Shown piece after piece: positions 21,362-28,208 of a stretch of 64,000 nt of DNA; position 1 is the first letter of the stretch, and each line of letters begins with the position of its first letter. The notes under the pieces are model-generated. The model was not told the origin of the DNA and ran no database searches. It saw only the letters and a program-made list of their open reading frames with translations. The position numbers and the translations under genes are program-made. The DNA lies in assembly GCA_964402785.1 (NCBI GenBank), contig CAYODQ010000001.1, positions 18,124 through 82,123 of the forward strand, in the 5' to 3' direction. Source of the stretch: an uncultured Planctomycetia bacterium. Its GTDB lineage: Bacteria; Omnitrophota; Gorgyraeia; 2-02-FULL-51-18.

Positions 21362-21705
21362 AAAAATCCGAATTTCTAACCTATATCCTCGAAGATGCCA
21401 TGCGTGAGGTGAGGGGGATCACGGCGAAAGCCATGTTTGGAGGATATGGCCTCTATAAAAATGGGGTTATATTCAGCATCCTGGTCGAAGATGAGCTTTA
21501 TTTCAAAGTCGATGATAAAAATCGAGCTCAATTTGAAAAGCGAAAGTCATCACCATTTTCATATGAAACCAAAAAAGGCAAAAGAGTGGCCATGTCCTAC
21601 TGGAAACTCCCCGCCGATATCCTCGAAGACCCCTCCCAGCTAAGCATTTGGATAGACGCCTCCGTCCAGGCCACCAAACGTTCCACAGCCAAAAAGAAAA
21701 CATAG
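21358..21705 (+). CDS. TfoX/Sxy N-terminal-domain protein
   Basis: MFGGYGLYKNGVIFSILVEDELYFKVDD matches TfoX_N; ATG21358 overlaps phosphatase stop (ATGA). Confidence 0.68.
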   Translation: MKKSEFLTYILEDAMREVRGITAKAMFGGYGLYKNGVIFSILVEDELYFKVDDKNRAQFEKRKSSPFSYETKKGKRVAMSYWKLPADILEDPSQLSIWIDASVQATKRSTAKKKT

Positions 21706-21737
21706 CTCTTTTTATATTTCTCTCTCACGCCTATCAT

Positions 21738-22024
21738 GTAGTCGGTAACAGGTTTCGCTTTTGCCCACCCTTGCCCTTTTCCTCGCATAGCTTTGTCATA
21801 AATGGCATGGACCCCTGCCTGCCGGCAGGCAGGCTCGCCAAAAGTCCGTTGGCCTCGAAGGTACACTCGTGCGGTATGCCTAAAAGAGCCATGACGCACT
21901 CGCGCTATATTAAAGGCTCGGCCAATGGGACTTTCAAGTGGCGTCTCCATTGCCATTTATGACAAAGCTATAAGCGCTCGGAAAAGGCCGGGATTGGTCA
22001 AAAACGAAACCTGTTACCGACTAG
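21738..22024. repeat. Giant imperfect palindrome G1 (about 290 bp, nested inverted repeats) containing a perfectly palindromic 20-mer CCTGCCTGCCGGCAGGCAGG at 21814-21833
   Basis: Outer arms GTAGTCGGTAACAGGTTTCGCTTTTG / CAAAAACGAAACCTGTTACCGACTA; inner arms CTTTGTCATAAATGGCATGG / CCATTGCCATTTATGACAAAG. Confidence 0.65.
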
Positions 22025-22092
22025 ATGCTAGACGGGCACTCGGCTATTAATTGATCTATCAGGGCGAGTGCCAGTTTAGAGCCTAAGCCGTT

Positions 22093-22333
22093 GCTCGATC
22101 TTTGTTTTCTTTGTTCCCGGCCCTTTTGGAGCGCTTATGGTTTTGTTGTAAGTCGTTTGGAGACGGCACGAGCCCTGAGTTTAGAGTCTAGCGAGCTGGA
22201 AATCCACCGGACGCTTCGCCCTGTTGATATAGGACTACTACCGAAGCGTCTTGGATTTTGTCCGAGGATCCAAATGACTTACAACAAAACCATGCGAGAA
22301 AAGGGGTAAGGGCAAAGAAAATAAAGATCGAGC
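22093..22333. repeat. Giant imperfect palindrome G2 (about 240 bp), related to G1 (shared CCTTTTCCGAGCGCTTAT-like arm motif)
   Basis: Arms GCTCGATCTTTGTTTTCTTTG..CCTTTTGGAGCGCTTATGGTTTTGTTGTAAGTC / GACTTACAACAAAACCATGCGAGAAAAGG..CAAAGAAAATAAAGATCGAGC. Confidence 0.6.
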
Positions 22334-22378
22334 GACGGCTTGCATCTATGACTTAGAGAGATAATTGAAAGGTTCTTC

Positions 22379-22405
22379 TTGGATAAACGATATTTGCGTT
22401 ATAAT
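22379..22405 (+). promoter_or_regulatory. Putative sigma70 promoter for rarA operon (TTGGAT-15 nt-TATAAT) with SD-like AGGT before ATG22416
   Basis: Hexamers read from sequence; 15-nt spacer is short. Confidence 0.4.
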
Positions 22406-22415
22406 GAGGTACTGT

Positions 22416-23714
22416 ATGGATCTCTTCGAGTCGCGCTCTCAGGGTAGTTCTGGACATGAACCTCTTGCTGTTCGTATGCGGCCGTCTTTGTTGGCGGAAT
22501 ATACGGGGCAGGAGCATATATTGGCGCCGGGGAAATTGCTGCATCGCGCCATTATTTCGGATCGAATTTCATCGATCATTCTTTATGGACCGCCGGGTAC
22601 AGGCAAGACCACCCTCGCGACGGTTATCTCCAATGAAACCAAGTCACATTTTGAGGCGTTGAATGCGGTTTCCAGCAGCGTTGCTGAGATCCGCAAAGTC
22701 ATAGAGGGCGCCAAGCAGCGTATCGCTGTTAAAAAGCAAAAGACGATCTTGTTCATCGACGAGATCCATCGGTTCTCAAAGTCGCAGCAAGATGTTCTTA
22801 TGCCGGATGTGGAGAGGGGGAATCCGATCCTTATTGGTGCGACGACACAAAATCCATTTTTTTCGATCGTACCGGCGCTTTTGTCTCGATCGCTCGTGTT
22901 TGAGCTGAAGTCTCTCTCGGAAGCGCATATACAAAAAATCATTCTCAATGCTTTGCAAAATAAAGAGAAGGGGTTGGGAGCGTTCCCGGTCCAGTTGGAT
23001 ACAGATGCTCTGGAGCTGCTGTCGATCAAGTGTGATGGCGATGCGCGCCGGGCTTTAAATGCGTTGGAGATCGGGGTATTGACGACGCCCAGGAATGAGT
23101 CGGGGCAGATCGTTTTCACAAGAGATGTTGCGGAAGAGTCTATCCAAAAAAAAGCCGTTGTTTATGATGCGGATGGGGATGGGCATTATGATACGATATC
23201 TGCATTCATTAAGTCGATGCGCGGCTCGGATCCGGATGCGTCGCTTTATTATCTGGCCAAGATGCTGTATGCCGGCGAGGATCCAAGATTTGTCGCACGT
23301 CGTATCGTGATCTGTGCTTCCGAAGATGTGGGCAACGCTGATCCTAGGGCGCTCATGATCGCCAATGCTGCATTTCAGGCAGCGGAGTACCTGGGGATGC
23401 CGGAGGCTAGGATACCGCTGGCTCAAGCTGTGGTTTATATTGCATGCGCACCCAAATCGAATGCCAGCTATCTAGCCATCGATAAAGCTTTGAAGGATAT
23501 AGCCGAAAATAAAACACTGGAAGTGCCCAAGCATCTAAAAGATGCCAGTTATAAAGGGGCGCAGGTGTTGGGTCATGGTGAGGGATATAAATATGCCCAC
23601 GATTATGAGGGGCATGTCGTGGCGCAAGACTATCTTGAAAAGCGAATTCAATATTACTTTCCAACAGATCAAGGATATGAAAAAACTATGAAACAGAATT
23701 TGAGGAAGTCGTGA
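22416..23714 (+). CDS. rarA: Replication-associated recombination protein A (AAA+ ATPase MgsA/RarA); start trimmed to ATG22416
   Basis: LYGPPGTGKTTLA Walker A, FIDEIHRF Walker B, C-terminal MgsA helical domain. Confidence 0.92.
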   Translation: MDLFESRSQGSSGHEPLAVRMRPSLLAEYTGQEHILAPGKLLHRAIISDRISSIILYGPPGTGKTTLATVISNETKSHFEALNAVSSSVAEIRKVIEGAKQRIAVKKQKTILFIDEIHRFSKSQQDVLMPDVERGNPILIGATTQNPFFSIVPALLSRSLVFELKSLSEAHIQKIILNALQNKEKGLGAFPVQLDTDALELLSIKCDGDARRALNALEIGVLTTPRNESGQIVFTRDVAEESIQKKAVVYDADGDGHYDTISAFIKSMRGSDPDASLYYLAKMLYAGEDPRFVARRIVICASEDVGNADPRALMIANAAFQAAEYLGMPEARIPLAQAVVYIACAPKSNASYLAIDKALKDIAENKTLEVPKHLKDASYKGAQVLGHGEGYKYAHDYEGHVVAQDYLEKRIQYYFPTDQGYEKTMKQNLRKS

Positions 23715-24679
23715 GAGATTTTAGATCCCAAAGGCAAGGCGGCAACAATCATTGGCGCTCTCAGACGGCGCATGGCCGCAGACCGATGCATCAGCCTGCC
23801 GTTCGGCAAGCAGATGAGTTTGAGAAAAAATTTTATGCAGGCACCGCTGTAGATCCATCGCCGCGGATCCGGCTCGAGTCGGGCAGCTCGGAGCTGACGA
23901 TGCGCGCTATGGATCTGATCTGTCCGATAGGGATGGGGCAAAGGGGTTTGATCGTAGCACCGCCCGGTTCCGGAAAGACCACTTTTTTGAAGCATATTTG
24001 TCAGTCGGTCGCAAAAGGTTATCCGGATATCAAATTGTACTGCCTCTTGATCAATGAGAGGCCGGAGGAAGTTACGGATTTTAAACGCAGTGTGGCTGCG
24101 ACGGTTAAAGCATCATCATCCGACGAAAGTTACGAGCAGCATATTCGCGCTGCGGATGAATTATTGAGAGAGGCGTTTCGCGAGGTCTCGGAGGGAAAGA
24201 ATGTTATGATCGTGATCGATTCTCTGACGCGCCTTGCTCGCGTGCACAATGCCGAGCGCCATTCGAGTGGTCGCACGTTGTCAGGCGGTGTGGATGCGAG
24301 AGCTTTGGAGGCGCCCAGGAGGATATTTGGCGCCGCCAGAAAGATCGAGAACGGGGGATCGCTCACGATGTTGGCGACGATCCTGGTACAGACAGGTAGC
24401 CGTATGGACGATGTGATCTTTGAGGAATTTAAAGGCACGGGCAATATGGAGATCGTCTTGTCCAGAGAGATATCTGGCCGGCGTATTTTTCCGGCGATTG
24501 ACATTCCCAAGAGCGGTACCCGAAGAGAGGAGTTGTTGTTAGGCTCCGAAGAACTTCTGAAGGTGCGCAAGTTGCGCCGTACTCTGGCGGAATTGGGCGC
24601 AGTCGATGCGGCAAGGACATTGGTCGAACATCTAGAAAAACATCGGAATAATCAGGAATTATTGGACGCAATTCGATGA
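23711..24679 (+). CDS. Rho-like ATPase: paralogue of Rho comprising only the C-terminal RecA-like ATPase/translocase domain (no N-terminal RNA-binding domain), Arg-rich N-terminal tail
   Basis: [70 protein letters not shown] align along their length with Rho 10760-12019 from residue ~165; GTG start overlapping rarA stop. Confidence 0.8.
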   Translation: MRDFRSQRQGGNNHWRSQTAHGRRPMHQPAVRQADEFEKKFYAGTAVDPSPRIRLESGSSELTMRAMDLICPIGMGQRGLIVAPPGSGKTTFLKHICQSVAKGYPDIKLYCLLINERPEEVTDFKRSVAATVKASSSDESYEQHIRAADELLREAFREVSEGKNVMIVIDSLTRLARVHNAERHSSGRTLSGGVDARALEAPRRIFGAARKIENGGSLTMLATILVQTGSRMDDVIFEEFKGTGNMEIVLSREISGRRIFPAIDIPKSGTRREELLLGSEELLKVRKLRRTLAELGAVDAARTLVEHLEKHRNNQELLDAIR

Positions 24680-25080
24680 GCGATGGGGGATATACCATGA
24701 AAAAAAGGGCATGGCCCATATTGCGCAGCTTTTATAAAGCCAGTATTTTGTATTATCTTTGGTTGCTTGTTTTGATTGGTAAGAAGTTTTGGCCCCAGAT
24801 TGTGTTTTGGTATGAAAGTGGATTTTTGGTAGCGTATTTCTTTCTTCCCTGCGCTCAGCTTTTTCTTCTTTGGCTTCATTTGGCAATATTGCGAGGGATT
24901 GCCAAGGATCAGCCGTGGGCGCTCATGGGCAGTTTATTGGTGGCCGGCACTCACACAATGTGTGCGATAGCTTTGCCGGGGCTAGATATTTACACAAGGT
25001 ACTTTTTGATCGCATCCGCAGCTGTATTCCTTTCAACTCTCACTCAGTTTTTCCTCCGTCTGGCCGAACTGCGTTCATAA
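24676..25080 (+). CDS. Small polytopic membrane protein (hypothetical)
   Basis: About 4 hydrophobic helices; ATGA overlap with upstream gene. Confidence 0.5.
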   Translation: MSDGGYTMKKRAWPILRSFYKASILYYLWLLVLIGKKFWPQIVFWYESGFLVAYFFLPCAQLFLLWLHLAILRGIAKDQPWALMGSLLVAGTHTMCAIALPGLDIYTRYFLIASAAVFLSTLTQFFLRLAELRS

Positions 25081-25083
25081 TCC

Positions 25084-25953
25084 ATGAAGAAATGCGTTTA
25101 TTTTGCTTTTCACGGTGGTTTGAACGAATATTTCGAAAAAGGGCTTGAAGTAGCCGTTCGTAGTGTGCGCTTTACCAACCCGCATTTGCCGGTTTTTGTT
25201 CTCCATGATGGGTTTTCGGATGAGCAAAAAAGAAAGCTGAATGGATGCGAATTCATAAAAATAGATCCTTCGTATCTCACCAATGATCATCGCGGGGATC
25301 TTACCGTGGGTGCTTATTTTAAGTTATTCGTTGAAAAACTGACCGATTTTGACCGGGTTCTTTATTTGGACAGCGATCTAGTCGTTTTGGATGATCTTGA
25401 GCCGATCTTCTCGTATCGAGGGCCCGTCGCTGCTAGGCGAGAGATGTATACCCTTGCACACGAATTTTCAGACCCTGAGTCCGTCAAGCGCCGCGAAGGT
25501 TTGACAGATCAAAGTTTTTTTCTGAATAGTGGTGTGATGCTGCTGGATCCCCGTTATTGGGCGGCCGAAAAGATACTGGATCAATGTTTTGAGATCGCCC
25601 GATCTTATGGGTGGGAGTTTTTTAAAAATGCCGATCAAGGGATCTTGAATATTTTGTTTCATCGTTATGGTCGTTTTACCGAACTTCCGAGAGAATACAA
25701 TTATTGTCTTTGGCCGGATATGGCGTGTAGTCTTTACTCACATACCATTAAAAACAAAAGGAATTTGCGGGCTCCCGTTATTTTGACGCGAACCCAGCAG
25801 CGATTGGCGGCGATGGGCCTGCCGGGGCCCTGGAAGAGAGGGGTTTCGGCTCGTGTGGTTCATTGGAATGGTCGCGAGAAGCCTTGGAAGAATGAATCGT
25901 TAGAAGACAAAAAAGTTAAATATTATAGATCGGTGTACGAGCAGTTTTTATAA
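25084..25953 (+). CDS. Glycosyltransferase family 8 (LPS glucosyl/galactosyltransferase-like)
   Basis: DxD (LYLDSDLVVLDD) and NSGVMLLD motifs. Confidence 0.85.
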   Translation: MKKCVYFAFHGGLNEYFEKGLEVAVRSVRFTNPHLPVFVLHDGFSDEQKRKLNGCEFIKIDPSYLTNDHRGDLTVGAYFKLFVEKLTDFDRVLYLDSDLVVLDDLEPIFSYRGPVAARREMYTLAHEFSDPESVKRREGLTDQSFFLNSGVMLLDPRYWAAEKILDQCFEIARSYGWEFFKNADQGILNILFHRYGRFTELPREYNYCLWPDMACSLYSHTIKNKRNLRAPVILTRTQQRLAAMGLPGPWKRGVSARVVHWNGREKPWKNESLEDKKVKYYRSVYEQFL

Positions 25954-26001
25954 AGACCTCGACTTGACTAATCAAATCCCGTCATCCATACTCTGCTACC
26001 T

Positions 26002-26814
26002 ATGACCACCCGCGTGGAATTCAACCAAAATGGCTATATCGCGCTAAGGAACTTTTTCACCCAAGACGAGGTAAAAGAACTCCACGAAGAGATTAAAGTC
26101 ACCTCACATTATTATGATAAGCCAGCCGACGAAGATACAAATCGGATGCATTTTTTTCACAATCTATACCGCCGTAGTAAAAATCTTCAAAATTTCTGCA
26201 GCCAGCCAAAACTCATCCGTCTTTTGAGACAATTTGCCGGTTCGTCTTTTTGGATAAGATGGGATCATGCGGTGCTTAAAAATTCTGGCGGAGAAGAATA
26301 CCCATGGCATCAGGACAATGGATACAGCAAGGTCAAGGACGCATCCTTTCAATTATGGGTGGCTTTGACGGATGCCGATGAGAAAACGGGTGGGTTGCAA
26401 TTTCAAAAGGGCAGCCATCTCAGGGGACATCAACTTCATAAGCCGCACAAGGGACGACATATCATTTGTGACGCCAAGGTGGGTGAAGAGGTATTGGTTC
26501 ACGCCAAGGCGGGGGATGTGGTCATTTTTTCATCGATGATCTTGCATCGTAGCGAGTCCAATAAGTCTGACGGGGAAAGATGGGTTTATATTGTGGAGTA
26601 TATGAAGTCAAAACACTATGATCCTACCATCAAGCCGCCGTATTTCATGGTGGCAAAAAATGGTGAGCCCAAACCAAGATTTGTATCTACGTTTCGGGGT
26701 AAATTAAGCCCACTCAACCAACTTAAATATTATCGCTACATTCCAGCCGTTCAAAAGGCTCGTCATTTTGGGCGGCAAACGTTGAATGCGCTGACCGGCC
26801 ATTCTAAGGGATGA
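26002..26814 (+). CDS. Phytanoyl-CoA dioxygenase (PhyH) family Fe(II)/2-oxoglutarate oxygenase
   Basis: WHQDNGY (HxD) ... ILHRSESN second His, PhyH-like spacing. Confidence 0.78.
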   Translation: MTTRVEFNQNGYIALRNFFTQDEVKELHEEIKVTSHYYDKPADEDTNRMHFFHNLYRRSKNLQNFCSQPKLIRLLRQFAGSSFWIRWDHAVLKNSGGEEYPWHQDNGYSKVKDASFQLWVALTDADEKTGGLQFQKGSHLRGHQLHKPHKGRHIICDAKVGEEVLVHAKAGDVVIFSSMILHRSESNKSDGERWVYIVEYMKSKHYDPTIKPPYFMVAKNGEPKPRFVSTFRGKLSPLNQLKYYRYIPAVQKARHFGRQTLNALTGHSKG

Positions 26815-27686
26815 GTCGCCCTCACATTTTATTTGTTTCCCTCAATAAACGGTTCTTGGATTATGCGAACTGTTTTCTTAAGTCTCTGGATAAGGCGTAT
26901 CCTGATCACCCGGAGCTCATTATTTATCACACGGATCTGAGTGAAGAAGAGTGTGCCGGGTTAAGGAGATTTGCCCGTGTCACAACCGTCCAAGTAGGTT
27001 TTGAAGAATTTAAAACCGGTCCTGCGATGGCCAGCCATCATCCCAAATTTGCCGACCCACGGATCAGCTATTCACGATTTTTGATATGGACACGGCGTTT
27101 TGACGCTTATGAAACCGTGGTGCATTTGGACACCGATATTATCGTGCGGGGCTCGCTTGAGCCTCTTTTAAACACGGATAAATTTTTGATCTATCCTGAA
27201 ACATACACAGGGGATGATGCTATTTTTTATAACAGGAAGGATCCAAAGCTGATCAAGCTTTTGAGCGAAGATGGCATCGCGATGCCCACGCGTGCCGCCA
27301 ATGCGGGTATTTTTGCGATCCCCAGATCGCTCCGAACGCAGGAGAATTATGAACTATTGAATCATCTGATCGATCGGTACGATGAACATATCAAATGGTC
27401 AGATCAGTCCATCCTTAATCTTTGGATGGCCAAAAAAGGCATCCCGCTCACCGAGGACTTCACGTTCAATTTTCAGAACAGATTGTTATACAAGGATAAG
27501 GCTAGAGAAGTTCAGCATGCAAAAATATTCCATCTGAATGGTGTTGATCTGGCTTATCGTCTATTTCTCATGCAAACTCTCTCGCAAATCCACCGCTGGC
27601 CCGGTGGATGGATCCTTTACCGCTCTCTAGAAAAGATCTGCCAACGCCTCATCAAAATCTGGCGCTCACGCCCACGCCTCACCTAA
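26811..27686 (+). CDS. Glycosyltransferase family 8-like protein
   Basis: HLDTDIIVRGSLEPL DxD region and NAGIFAIPRS; ATGA overlap with PhyH gene. Confidence 0.72.
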   Translation: MSRPHILFVSLNKRFLDYANCFLKSLDKAYPDHPELIIYHTDLSEEECAGLRRFARVTTVQVGFEEFKTGPAMASHHPKFADPRISYSRFLIWTRRFDAYETVVHLDTDIIVRGSLEPLLNTDKFLIYPETYTGDDAIFYNRKDPKLIKLLSEDGIAMPTRAANAGIFAIPRSLRTQENYELLNHLIDRYDEHIKWSDQSILNLWMAKKGIPLTEDFTFNFQNRLLYKDKAREVQHAKIFHLNGVDLAYRLFLMQTLSQIHRWPGGWILYRSLEKICQRLIKIWRSRPRLT

Positions 27687-27820
27687 ATTAAGCAAGATCC
27701 AATTGCCGGAAATTCCCAAGGGCGCTTCTGGATTTTTGTGGCGTGGTATTGATAAGTAGAATTGTATGATGTATAATATTGATAAGATATAGTAATTATT
27801 GATAATTGTGGAGACGGGTT

Positions 27821-28198
27821 ATGAGGAAGAGAATTCTCGTGGTGGATGACGAGAAAAATATCACAATTTTTTTAAGAAGCTATTTAGAGGATACCGGTCA
27901 TTACACGGTCATGACTGAAAATGTTGGTTTGAATGCGATCGAAACAGCCAGGAAGTTTAAGCCGGATCTGATTTTGCTGGATATTATGATGAAGGACGTG
28001 AGTGGTGATAGCCTGGCCGACGAGATCAAGAACGACCCGGATCTTCATAATGTCCCTATAGTTTTTTTGACAGGTATCGTCACCAAGGAAGAGGTAGAGG
28101 CCAACGGTGGTATTATTGGTGGTTACACCTACATCGCAAAGCCCATATTGGCCATGCATGAACTTATCGATTGCATAGAAGCCAACCTTATCAAGTGA
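27821..28198 (+). CDS. Single-domain response regulator (REC only)
   Basis: ILVVDDEKN..LILLDIMM..FLTG receiver motifs; ATG27821 chosen over TTG27806. Confidence 0.85.
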   Translation: MRKRILVVDDEKNITIFLRSYLEDTGHYTVMTENVGLNAIETARKFKPDLILLDIMMKDVSGDSLADEIKNDPDLHNVPIVFLTGIVTKEEVEANGGIIGGYTYIAKPILAMHELIDCIEANLIK

Positions 28199-28208
28199 GC
28201 CATTTTCT

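Noticed and set aside
21597-22309. ORFs 21648-21962 (+), 21597-21956 (-), 22091-22309 (+) inside the palindromic island
   Set aside because: Mirror-image open frames are generated by the DNA symmetry. There is no RBS, the composition is non-protein-like, and they overlap each other on opposite strands.
22365-22415. 17-codon N-terminal extension of rarA (MKGSSWINDICVIMRYC)
   Set aside because: Covers a TATAAT box and an SD-like AGGT. ATG22416 gives a canonical RarA N-terminus.
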